DNA from: Anaeramoeba ignava BMAN
Lineage: Eukaryota; Protista; Anaeramoebae
Assembly (NCBI GenBank): GCA_028826165.1
Contig: JAPDFW010000147.1
Location: 620,001-684,000 of the forward strand
Length of the DNA: 64,000 nt
Reading direction: 5' to 3'
A model generated the notes under the pieces. That model saw only the letters and a program-made list of their open reading frames with translations, was not told where the DNA came from and made no database searches. This document shows positions 45,166-58,700 of the stretch, piece by piece. How positions within the stretch are numbered: the first letter of the stretch is position 1; each line of letters starts with the position of its first letter. Made by a program: the position numbers and the translations under genes.

Positions 45166-47770
45166 ATGTCTTTAAATCAATTTAATTATTCTTTTCAAAA
45201 TTATTCTTTAAAAGATTTTTTGAAGCTTAGTTCTTTTAGAAATAAAGTTATTTTAAATTTTACAAAACAAACTTGTCATTTTTCAGTAAAAATAAATCAA
45301 ATTCAATTTCAAATTCAATTCAAAAATTAATTTATATTCTTTTTTTTTTAGGTTGATTTAATTTCTTCAGTTGCTCTTGTTCCTGCAATTTTAAAAATAA
45401 AATCAAACAAAATTAAATTTAAAATGAATTATACTTCTAATCCAGAAGTTTTAGAACAAAGATTTTCAAACAACCCAAACCTTGAAGTAATCAAAATCAA
45501 AATCAAAATCAATTTCAAAATTAATTTCTAAATCAATTTCAATTTCAAAATCAATTTCAAAATCAATTTCAAAATCAAAATCAAAATCAAAATCAAAATC
45601 AAAATTAAAAATTAATTTCAAAATCAATTTCAAAATCAAAATCAAAATCAATTTCAATTTCAAAATCAAAAATTAATTTCAAAATCAAAATTAAAAATTA
45701 ATTTCAAAATCAATTTCAAAATCAAAATTAAAAATTAATTTCAAAATCAATTTCAAAATCAATTTAAATTTCAAAATCAAAATTAATTTCAAAATCAATT
45801 TCAAAATCAATTTCAAAATCAAAATTAATTTCAAAATCAAAATCAATTTCAAAATCAATTTCAAAATCAATTTCAAAATTAATTTCAAAATCAAAATCAA
45901 AATCAATTTCAAAATCAAAATCAAAATCAAAATCAATTCCAATTTCAAAATCAATTTTAATTCTAATTTAGATGGAATTTTCAAAGAAAGAAGAGAAAAA
46001 ATTACGTTTAAAAATTGACCAAAAATCTTGTTTTAATTTTATTGCTAAAAATGAAGAACAAAGATTCTTAATTTTATTAACTTTTTTAATGTTCAAAACT
46101 TATCAAAATAGTTTTGAGAAAATCAATAGTCAATCTCTTCAAATTTCAGGAAATATTTTAACAAGTTAATTTAAAATTAAAATTAAAATTAAAATTAAAA
46201 TTAAAATTAAAATTGAAATTAAAATTAAAATTAAAATTCATTTTGAAATTAAAATTAAAATTAAAATTAAAATTCATTTGAAAAATTAAAATTAAAATTC
46301 ATTTGAAAATTAAAATTAAAATTCATTTGAAAATTAAAATTAAAATTAAAATTAAAATTAAAATTAAAATTAAAATTAAAATTTATTTGAAAATTAAAAT
46401 TAAAATTCATTTGAAAATTAAAATTAAAATTCATTTGAAAATTAAAATTAAAATTCATTTGAAAATTAAAATGAATTTTGAATTTTAGCTCAAGATGAAA
46501 TTGAAGCTATTGCTCAAATGTGCTCAACTCGCAACTTAATATCTTTTAAATTACTTGTTTCAGATTCAACAAACAACAAAAAAATCCTTAAAATTATCAC
46601 AATGAATCAAAATGGATTAACATTAATAACACCAAATCAACTAGAAAATAGTATCGAAATTCCTTTTAAAATTGGAGTAGTAAAACAAAAAGAAAATATA
46701 AGAAAGGAAAATTATTTGAATCAATTTATAAAAACAAAATACTTTCGGTTTTTTTAGGCAATTAAATCAAATGACGAATCAACAATAACTAAATTAATTC
46801 TTTCAAATATTACTTATTACATTGATTGTCAAAATCTAAATATTTTAAAACTATTCCAACGTAGTTTTGCTATAATGAAACATGGAACAATATCTCCTAT
46901 TATTTTTGGAGCAAAAAACAACCCTCATCATTTATCTTTATCTTTGAAACATGAAGAAGTGAAATTAAAAAGATTAGAAGAACAACGTGAAAAAATCATT
47001 TCTCAACATAATGAGAAATTATTTCAAATTGACTTAATGGATATTGAAGCAAAGAAAACAATTGAAAGCAATTGTGCAATTTCTATTTGTTTAACACATA
47101 TAAATTTATTTACAAACAAAGAAGTTTCAATACTTCCTATGAATCAAAATCTCAAGGTTGATTTAATTTTTAAATTGAATTTTTAAATTGAATTTTTAAA
47201 TGAATTTTTAATTGAATTTTTAATTTGAATTTTTAATATTCAGATTTATTCACATCCTTCAAATTCTACTGTTTGCAAAATCAATTTATCCAAAAAAAAT
47301 ATTGTCGCAAATTTTCATTCTGTGGAATTATTAAATCAATTCATAAGTTTTTTATCTAGTTGTAAAGAATATCAAATTGAAGATCATCATTTAATTCCAA
47401 AAGATCTATTTGCTATTCAATTTTCTAAATCTGGAAATTTTGAAGAAGATAACAATTTTGGAGTGATTTTATTAAGTGATTATGGAATTCATTTAACAAC
47501 AAAACCAGAAATTAGAATGATTTTATCTTCAGAATTAATAAGAGTTAATTTTAAAAATATTTTTATAAATAATTTTAATTTTATAATTAATTTTATAAAT
47601 AATTTTAGATTCAATCAAATTCTCAAAACAGAAGAATTTCAAAACTAAATTTCGCAAAAGATCAAACACTATTTTTTCTTTTCACTTTAACATCAGACAA
47701 AGAAGAATTTAATGAAAGAATTGAAGATTTTATTTTAAGAGAATCTGATGAAAACACGAAAATGGAAATT
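45166..47770 (+). CDS. Uncharacterised multi-exon protein
   Basis: A series of open segments bounded by GT/AG (e.g. 45972-46143, 46489-46676, 46778-47156, 47244-47543). No family recognised. End approximate. Confidence 0.5.
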
Positions 47771-47816
47771 TTTTAAAAAACCAAAAAAAAACTTTTTTTT
47801 CTTTAAAAAAAAAAAA

Positions 47817-48735
47817 TCAGCAACAATGACCATTAATAAAAGAAGAAATAAAATACCACCAATTATCGGGAACAGGTTCATCCCAAATTCCAATACCTTT
47901 AATTTGATTTTGTGTAAGTTGACTAAATCTCAAAATAAGTTGGTCAGTTGTAAAAGGTTTTTGAGTATTTGGATCAACAGTGATTAAACCAACAAGTAAT
48001 TTTTGAATAGGAATTTTTTGGATTGCTTTTTGAAGATATTGAACAAATAAATCATCGTTTCCACAATAAGTATCCATTGTGATAATCCAATCAACAGAAG
48101 TATTAGAAATCAAGTCAAAATCCCAAAAAGTAGACCAAGAAGCAATATCAACAGATAATTGAATATTATGCTGATGAAGAGCATCAGCAAATTGGGTTAA
48201 AAATTGAGCAAAAAGTTGAGCATCTGATTCGGAATCACTTTCAATTTCAAAATCAATATTATATCCAGTAAATTGTCTTTTAACTGCTTCTTCAGTTGCT
48301 TGAGTGATAAATTGATTTGGATTTTCCATTAATTCGTGAAATTTTGTCAAACTAACAGTTGTTATCATTGGCCATGTTCCAAGTCCATCTGATTTGATAT
48401 CATTTGTAACATCTGTGAATCCGTTATTGACTAAAGTACTTTGTGAACCTAAATCATATCTTTCATAACTAATATCTGTGAAAGTTGTAGAATAAGAAGA
48501 AATTTGAGAAAGATCCGATTGAATATTTTCTCCTGTTCTTTCTAATCCCATCCTTTTAATAAAAATATAAATTTTAAATTGAATTTTTTAATTTGGATTT
48601 TTTATTTGAATTTATTTACCAAGAAGAAATATATTTTCCATTTGCTTCTTGTTTAATTTCTTCTTTCTTTTTTTCTGTTATTGTAAAAATTTCAATTATT
48701 AAAATTAATAACAAAATAATTTGAAAATAATTCAT
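47817..48735 (-). CDS. Secreted glycoside hydrolase family 18-like protein (2 exons)
   Basis: Signal peptide MNYFQIILLLILIIEIFT, FTGYNIDFE (GH18 DxDxE-type motif), VDWIITMDTY, KLLVGL and GIGIW. Confidence 0.75.
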
Positions 48736-48824
48736 TTTAAATCCAAAAAAATGAAAAAAATGAAAATGAAAAAAAATGAACAAAAAAGAAAAATTTACAA
48801 AAAAAAAAAATAATTGATTTTTCA

Positions 48825-51800
48825 CTATTTTGGAAAAGAATCAAGAATTTGAATAATTTCATTTGAAGAAGGCCTATCATTAGGATTATTAGCCCAACAT
48901 TTCAAAATCAAATTTTTCCAATTTTCATCTTTAATTTGGTCCAAATCAGGTCTTAAATTTTGGAAACCAACTTGAATACCAAGTTGAATAGGATCAGTAA
49001 CTTGTCTATAAGGAACTTTTCTAGTAATCAATTCCCACAAAACAACGCCATAAGAATAAATATCGACTTTTTCAGAATATTTTTCACAACGGAATATTTC
49101 TGGAGCCATCCAACAAGGAGTGCCTCTAAATTTACTCAATTCCAAAGAATGTTCCTTAATTTTTGACATTCCAAAATCTGCCACTTTTGCGTTTTGATGT
49201 TGATCCAAAAGAACATTTAAGCTTTTAAGATCGCGATGGATCACAGGTTTGGGCTTTGTGAGATGAAGATAATTCAGTCCCAATGCAATATCCTTTGCAA
49301 TCTTGATTCGGATTTGTTCTGAGTTTGGAAATGTTTTTTTTTGGAGTGAATGATACAAACTCCCTTCCTTAAGATACTCAGTAACAAGGAACACATTTGG
49401 CGGTTTTGTGCTTGCAGCCATGAAAAGCACAATATTTGGGTGTCGCATTCGACTGAGTATCAAGGCTTCTCTTTTGAATTCGGATAAATATTTTCCGACA
49501 TGATATTCTTCAAATATTTGTTTAACTGCGACTTCTTTTCCTCTCCAAATGGCTCTAAATACTTTTCCAAAAGAGCCTTTTCCAATTTCCTCCTTCAATT
49601 CAAACTCAGAAAGATCCACCTCGTTATAATTGTCTTCAAACCCTATTTGATTCTCTATTGTGTGGAGTTGCATTCTGAGTTGCTGCAATTCTTCTTTATT
49701 TTCCTTCAATTTTTCTTCAAGATGATAAATTCGACGAATTGCTTCTTTTCGTGAATTGGCTACTTTTTTTGTCACCTTTTCCAACTCGTTGATAATGTTA
49801 TATGCTTCTAAAAGCTTGATTTCAAGTTGTATTGTTGGTGGATGTAAATTTCTTTCCTTCTCATTCATTTTAATCATTGGAATTTGAATTCTTTGGAAAG
49901 GATTTTTCGAAAGTTTTTCAAAGTGATTTGTAACAAATTGCTTGAAATTTTCGTTGTTATTTCGAAGATTTTCAATAATTGTCTCGAAATCTTCTTCAGA
50001 ATGAAAATGTGTTGAATATTGATATTCATTTTCATTCAATAAATGGAATAAACTATCTCCTCCAAAATTATTATTATTATTATTCTCATTATTTTCATTA
50101 TTATTATTTTCATTATTAAATGTAAAATTAAGTAAATTTGGATCAAGTAAACTTTTGCCAAAAATTTCAGTTAAAGTTTGTGTTGAATGCACTTCTGATA
50201 AATCTGGATTTGTGCTTTTTGTTGATATTGTTGATATTGTTGTTTGTGGATTATCATCAATTTTTTTTAAATTTTGAGATGGGAAAATCCAAACTAAATT
50301 TTTTTGATTAGATTTTTCTTGGAAATTTGTTTTAAAATTTGAAATGATTGAATTAATTTGTTGATTATAATGTTCATCATTTATAATTTTTTCAGAAAAG
50401 GTATATGAAGAACTTGATTTTGAAGAAGAACGAGATAAATTAAACAAAGTGAATGATCTTCCTTTAAATATAAATATATAAAAAAAATGTAAATATTTTG
50501 AAATTTAAATTTAATTTTAAATTTAATTTTAAATACTTGGATTTTTCAAGGAATGAATATTTTGATACTCCTCAGGAATAATATCAATAAGATTCTCTGA
50601 AATATCAAAATCGGATAAATTTTTCAACAAAGATAATTCTTTTGGAAGAGAACTAATTCTATTTTCAGTTAAAATTAATCTTTTCAAATTGAGTAAGTTT
50701 CCAATAGAATTTGGTAATTCTTCAATTCGATTATGATATAATTCCAAATCAATTAAATTAGAACAGTTTCCAATTTCAATAGGTAAATTAATAAGTCTAT
50801 TTTCATTTGCTCTTAAAGATCTTAAATTTGATAAATTTCCAATTGAATGAGGAATATTTAATAATTTATTTGAATCTAAACAAAAAATAGAAAGTGAACG
50901 AAGTAATCCAATTTCTTCAGGAATATTTTCCAATTTATTATTCACAACATAAAATGAATTTAACTGCACAAGATTAAATAATTGATGTGGAATTTTGGTA
51001 AATAAATTATTGCTGAGTTCCAATTCTTTTACATTTATTAAATTTCCAAAATTTTCAGGTAAATCAGAAAGTTGGTTATCATTTAAATAAAGTTGTTCCA
51101 ATTTAATCAAGTTACAAATCTATTAAGAGGAAGGAAAAAAATAGAATAATTTGAATTTCAAAATGAATTTTAATTGAATTTTAATTTGATTTTAATTAAT
51201 TTTAATTTAATTTTAATTGATTTTAATTGATTTAAATTGATTTTAATTGATTTTAATTGATTTTAATTGATTTTAAAATGAATTTTAATTGATTTTAATT
51301 GATTTTAATTGATTTTAATTGATTTTAATTGATTTTAATTTTAAATTTGAATTTGATTTTAATTGATTTTAATTGATTTTAATTGATTTTAATTAATTTT
51401 AATTTTAAATTTGAATTTGATTTTAATTGAATTTAATTGATTTTAATTGATTTTAATTGAATTTTAATGATTTAAATTGAATTTTAATTGATTTAAATTG
51501 ATTTTAATTGAATTTAATGGATTTTAATTAATTTTAATTGATTTTAATTGATTTTAATTAATTTTAATGGATTTTAATTGATTTTAATTGATTTTAATTT
51601 TAAATTTGATTTTAATGAATTTTAATTTTAATTAATTTTTATTGATTTTAAATGATTTTAATTGATTTTAATTGATTTAAATTGATTTTAATTGATTTTA
51701 ATTGATTTTAATTGATTTTAAAATGAATTTTAATTGATTTTAATTGATTTTAATTGATTTTAATTGATTTTAATTGATTTTAATTGATTTTAATTTTAAA

Positions 51801-52574
51801 TTTGAATTTGATTTTAATTGATTTTAATTGATTTTAATTGATTTTAATTAATTTTAATTAATTTTAATTAATTTTAATTTGATTTTAATTGATTTTAATT
51901 GATTTTAATTAATTTAAATTAATTTTAATTGATTTCAATTAATTTTAATTGATTTTAATTGATTTTAATTGATTTAAATTGATTTTAATTAATTTTAATT
52001 GATTTTAATTGATTTTAATTTGATTTTAATTTGATTTTAATACCTCAATAGGTAAAATTTGTAAAGAATTAAAAGATAAAGCCAAATCAGTTAATTCAGT
52101 TAAATTCCCAAAACTTTGAGGTAATTCTCCAATTTGATTTCCTCCTAAATCCAATTTAGATAATTTTTTCAAAGAACCCAATTCTTTAGGAATAAATTTC
52201 AAATGATTATCAGTTAAATACAACTCTTCCAAATTTGATAATTTGCCAATTCTTGGAGTAAGAGTTGTTAATTGATTATTGCAAATTGATAATTTATTTA
52301 AAAGTGATAATTCTCCAATTTGTTCAGGTAATGATTTTAAAGAATTGTTATCAAGATTTAATAAAAGAAGAGAAGTTAAAGATCCAAATTCTTTAGGTAA
52401 AATGGATATATAATTATTATTAAGAAATAGACATTTTAATTCTTCAAAATTTATTATTAAATTTTCTAAAGATTTAATTTTAAGTTTTGATAAATCAAGT
52501 GTTTGTGTTTGTTTTTGTTCATTTAAAAATTTTTCAAGTTTTTCTTTAACAATTTCTTGTTCTTCTGTATTCAT
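48825..52574 (-). CDS. LRR - coiled coil - tyrosine-kinase-like (TKL) protein kinase (3 exons)
   Basis: LxxLxLxxNxLxxLP repeats in exons 1-2. The splice CCAA|GTATTT...AAAG|GAAGA joins in frame to the kinase exon with IGKGSFGKV, HRDLKSLNVLL, DFG and GTPCWMAPE. Confidence 0.88.
51165..52040. repeat. 10-bp satellite (GATTTTAATT)n in an LRR-kinase intron
   Basis: Direct tandem array. Confidence 0.93.
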
Positions 52575-52742
52575 GAAATTAAGAATTATTTTTATTATTA
52601 TTTTTAATTTAAAAACCAAAAAAATAATAAAAATAAAAAGGAAAAAAAAATGAAAAAAAAAAAATGAAACTTATAAAAGATTTAAAAAAAAAATTAAAAA
52701 AAAAAAACATTTTTTTTCTTTCTTTTTTTTTCTTTTTTTAAA

Positions 52743-55700
52743 ATGAAAAGAACTTTAGAAAATACAAATTTATTAAATTTAAATAATTCTCAACAACAAC
52801 AACAACAAAATGTTTCTTTTCAAATTAAACAACCAAGATATTCTTCAAAAGTCAATCAATTTATTAACCAAAATATTACTTTAAATCAATTTAATCAAGT
52901 TTTAATAAATAATTCAAATTTAAATTCTTTACAAAATGAACAAGAATCTAAAACTATTTTTAATGTTAACGATTATAATTTTTCACAAGTTCTTCCAAAT
53001 AATGAAAATTTAAATAAAATAATATCAACTCAATCAAATTCTTTTGATAATCAACTTCATTTTAATCCTGATTCAAATCAAAATTTTCAAATTTGTGAAC
53101 AGAAAGAGTTAAAAAAATCAATGATTTCTCAAATTTTTTCTTCTCCAAGTTTAAATTCAAATCAAAAATTTAATTTAAAGAAGAATATTTTTGAAAGAAA
53201 ACTTCATCCAAAGAATTTATTTCCAAATTCAAAGACAAATCAAAATATAAAACTAAATCAAAAACAAAATCAAAAATCAAAATCAAAATCAAAATCAAAA
53301 TCAAAAATTAAATCAAAATATAAATCAAAATCAAAAACTAAATCAAAATATAAAACAAAATCAAAATCAAAATCAATTCCAAAATATAAATCAAAATCAA
53401 AATCAAAATATAAATCAAAATCAAAATCAAAATATAAATATAAATATAAATCAAAAATTAAATCAAAATAAAAATCAATTCCAAAATATAAATCAAAATA
53501 TAAATCAAAATATAAATCAAAATATAAATCAAAATATAAATCAAAATATAAAACTAAATCAAAATCTAAATCTAAATCAAAATCAAAATCAAAATCAAAA
53601 TCAAAATCAAAATCAAAATATAAATCAAAATATAAATCAAAATATAAATCAATTCCAAAATATAAATCAAAATCAAAATCAAAATCAAAATCAAAATATA
53701 AATCAAAATATAAATCAAAATCAAAATATAAAACTAAATCAAAATCTAAATCAAAATCAAAATCAAAATCAAAATCAAAATCTAAATCAAAATATAAATC
53801 AAAATATAAATCAAAATATAAAACTAAATCAAAATCAAAATCAAAATCAATTCCAAAATATAAATCAAAATCAATTCCAAAATCAAAATCAATTCCAAAA
53901 TATAAATCAAAATATAAATCAAAATCAATTCCAAAATATAAATCAAAATCAAAATATAAAACAAAATCAAAATCAATTCCAAAATATAAATCAAAATCAA
54001 AATCAAAATCAATTCCAAAATATAAATCAATTCCAAAATATAAATCAAAATCAATTCCAAAATATAAATCAAAATCAAAATATAAATATAAATCAAAAAT
54101 TAAATCAAAATATAAATCAAAATCAAAATCAATTCCAAAATATAAATCTAAATCAAAATCAAAATCAAAATATAAATCAAAATATAAATCAAAATCAATT
54201 CCAAAATATAAATCAAAATATAAATCAAAATCAATTCCAAAATCAAAATCAATTCCAAAATATAAATCAAAATATAAATCAAAATCAATTCCAAAATCAA
54301 AATCAAAATCAAAATATAAAACAAAATCAATTCCAAAATATAAATCAAAATATAAAACAAAATCAATTCCAAAATATAAATCAAAATCAAAATCAAAATC
54401 AATTCCAAAATATAAATCAATTCCAAAATATAAATCAAAATCAATTCCAAAATATAAATCAAAATATAAATCAAAAATATAAATCAAAAATTCAATCAAA
54501 ATATAAATCTAAATCAAAATCAAAATCAAAATCAAAAATATAAATCAAAATCAATTCCAAAATATAAATCAAAATCAAAATCAAAATCAAAATCAAAAAT
54601 ATAAATCAAAATCAAAATCAAAATCAAAATCAAAATCAAAATATAAATCAAAATCAAAATCAATTCCAAAATATAAATCAAAATCAAAATATAAATCAAA
54701 ATATAAATCAAAATCAATTCCAAAATATAAATCAAAATCAAAATCAAATAAAATCAAAATATAAATCAAAATCAAAATCAAAATCAATTCCAAAATATAA
54801 ATCAAAATCAATTCCAAAATATAAATCAAAATCAATTCCAAAATATAAATCAAAATCAAAATCAAAATCAAAATCAAAAATCAAAATCAAAATCAATTCC
54901 AAAATATAAATCAAAATCAATTCCAAAATATAAATCAAAATCAAAATCAAAATCAAAATCAAAATCAAAATCAATTCCAAAATCAAAATCAATTCCAAAA
55001 TATAAATCAAAATCAAAATCAAAATCAAAATCAAAATCAATTCCAAAATATAAATATAAATCAAAATATAAATGAGAATGAATTAATCCCTCTTTCAAAA
55101 ATAATCACATCAAAAATCTTGTTAAAACAATACGAAAAAAGAGGTATAACAAACCTTTATAATTGGCAATACCAAGCATTAATATCTACAAACGCAATTC
55201 AAGGAGAATCCCTTTTATATTCAGCTCCAACAAGTGGAGGCAAAACTCTTGTTGCTGAAATGCTAATGATCAAAACTTTAATAGAAACAGAAAAAATTAT
55301 TCTTTTCATCCTTCCTTTTGTTGCTCTTGTTTGCGAAAAAGTGGAGGAACTTACAAATACATTCCACCCTTTAAAAATTGGTGTTCATGGATTCTACAGT
55401 AATGTTGGTGGCCAATCTTTATCTAAAAATGATAGAATCGCAGTTTGCACAATGGAAAGAGCCAATGGACTTCTAAATAAAATAATTCAAGATAATCAAA
55501 TACATAATTTGGGATTAGTTGTGATCGATGAAATTCATATGATTTCGGATGAAGGTCGTGGATTTGTTCTTGAAATGATCATTTCGAAATTAGTATTTCT
55601 GGCTACGAGACAGGATATAAATGCATCCTTCCAGATTGTGGGGATGACAGCTACAATTTCCGATCAAGATCTATCTATTCTTTCAAATTGGATTTCAACA

Positions 55701-58700
55701 AAGAAATACATCTGCAAAAAAAGACCAATTCCTTTAGTGGAATATGTCAAGATCGGAAATCAAATTTTGGACAAAACAAAAGTCAAGGTTCGAGAAATTA
55801 AATCTTCAGGAAATCGTGGTGATGCAGACCAAATTTCAGATTTAGTAAATGAAATAATTCCCCAGCATTCTGTACTAATTTTCTGTCCAACAAGAAAAAA
55901 TACTGAAAATAATGCTAAAATGATTGCCAAATTCCTTCCTCAACAAATGTCCAAATTGGGAAATGATCCAGAAATGCAGAAAAGAAGAAAATTACTTATT
56001 GAAGAATTAAAAGAAACACCTGCAGGAATTTCTCCTGAAATTGAGTCTTTGATTCAAAGAGGAATTTGCTATCATCATGCTGGATTGACTGTTGAAGAAA
56101 GAACTTTGATTGAGGCTGGATTTAGAAGAGGATTAATCCGCGTTTTAAGTGCAACAACCACTTTAAGTGTAGGTGTAAATTTACCTGCAAGAAGAGTTAT
56201 TATTAGATCTGCCAAAATTGGTAACAAACAACTTGATTCAACAAGATATAAGCAAATGTGCTTTACTTATAGTACTCCTGTTCTCTTAGAAAACTTCAAA
56301 TGGAAAAAATTAGGCAAAATTGTTGAGACAAATTCCCAAACTCGTGTAATGAGCTTCTCAAATAAATCAGGAAATGCTCATCCAAAAAAAATTACTCGTT
56401 TCTATCAAAATGGAATTCAAATTGTGAATGACTATTACCATATTTCAGTAATTTACAAACAAAATACTCTGAATTTTGTCAATCTGAATTTGATTCAAAA
56501 CACAATTGCTAAATTTCTTCTCTCAAAAATTCATCCTTCTTGTATTTCTAAAAACAAAAATGAATATCTCATTTTCCAAAAATTGTTTCCAAATTTGGAA
56601 ATTTTCATTTCTCCTTTTACTTGCACAAAAGAACATGAATTCTTTATTAATTATCAATGGATTCCTATTAAAAAATTGTTTGCAAATGATTCTTCATTTA
56701 CCTCATTTTTACACTTTGAAAAACCCAAAAAAGTTCATTTTCCTCAAAATAAACCAAAATATTCCTTTTCACTGTTTGATTTATTCCAAAATGTATCAAA
56801 ACATATTTATATACAAAAAAATCCAAATTTAAAACAATATTTCTCACATTTACCTTTCCAAGAAGATTTCATCAATGTTAATAAGTTTCTGGATCTAGAA
56901 AAACATAATCTTCAAAAAATGAAGGATTTGCCCAATATTAATATTAAATTATTCTTGGAAAATTATAAAGAACAAAAACAAAATTCACTTCAAATACCAT
57001 TGAAAATTACAAAAAAATTAATGAATCTTTTTGGGTTTCTTTCAGGAAATGAAATATTCACATTAAATTCAACAAAAAATAACAATCATTTGAAGAATTC
57101 AGAATTATTTATATTTTGTAAAAATGAAAAAATTGCTCAAAAATATTCAAAAAAGATGGAAAAAATTATTTAAAATTCAAAAAATAGAATTGTTTAATGC
57201 AAATAATAATTATCAATTTAAAGAAAACAATTTATCGTTTATAATTAAAAAGCAAATGAAAAGATTCCCAATTTTAATCAAAATCAAAAATATATTATTA
57301 ATATACTTAATTTACAAACTAATGGGAATAAGGAACTATTCTCAAAATAAATTAATTGAACCTAAAAAGATGATTATCAAAAATGAATCTTTATTAATCA
57401 ACCACCAAAAATTCTTTCTAAAAGGTTTATTCAATTCAACAAGTTTCAAATCCAAAAACAACATTGGAATTTTCAAAAGAAGGAACTTACAAATTATCAA
57501 ACAAATAAAAGGTTTAATTTTGACATGTTTTGGAACTGATTCTGGAATTTTTGTAGATTATGGCTATAAAAAACAAATTTATAATTTGCTAATGAAAGAA
57601 TATTTAAAAAAGCAAAAGCTATTCAAATTGAAGATTTTCTTCAATTTATTCACACAAAATATGGGAAAAAATAGTCTCCAGTTTTTTGTTTCCATTTTCA
57701 AAGATTGGGAACAAAAAACAAAATTTGAAATGAGAGAATTTCTTGTAAAAGGTTTAACCAAAAAAGAAAAAGTTTATGATATTGAGGTTGATTTAGATCA
57801 CAACTACATCATAAATCAAGAAAATTTGATAATTGCTCATAATTGTATTCATGAAGAAACAAGAGTCAAAATGTCAAACCAAAAAGAAATATTTAAAAAA
57901 GCAAAAGATATTCAAATTGGAGATTATGTTGCAGGAATTGATAATAATGGAGTTGTTAGCAGAGGAAGAGTCAAAAGAATTTTTCATAGAACTGGAAATG
58001 CACGCAAAATCACATTTTCTAATGGTGATAAGTTGATTTTTAGTAATCATCCAATTTGGATGTTTGACAAAAGATGGGAAAATTCAGATAATTTAAAAAT
58101 TGGAGACAAAATAGCATTAATCACAAATTTCAATAAAATGGAAACCAACTATTCTTTCAAAGAGAAAATAATATCACTTACTAATTCAAATGAAAAACAA
58201 AACTCAGAACATTTTTATGATCAGAAGAGAATTTCCAAAAAAGAGAATCTGCCGCAAGATGATTTATTTTATTTTCTCATTCCTTTCATTTGTGGATTAT
58301 TTTTTATTTGTGGGAAAATTGTCAAAAAAGGAAGTGAGAAAATAATTAAAATTAAAATTAAAATTAAAATTAGACATGAAAAACAAAGAAAAGAAAGCCA
58401 AAAATTATTTGCTAATATTTTGAAATTACTCCAAATCAAATACACAAAAAAGGTTGAAAAAAACAAAATTGAGTTCAAGATCATTTCAGAAACATTATCA
58501 TTTATTATACAAGAATTTATACTCCACAATGACAAGAAAAAGATGAATGAATTTTTTTTCGTATCTTCTGAAGAACAGATGAAATTTATTTTGGGAATTT
58601 TTTCAGGATGTAATTATACAAAAAACAAAAGCAACTTATTGAACTTCTCTTTTGGAAAAGATGAAGAAATGAGAAACTCTGTTTGTGATATTCTCCTTTT

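Noticed and set aside
53270-55098. Minus-strand FDLYFGID / ILILIY ORFs
   Set aside because: Antisense shadows of the hexamer repeat.
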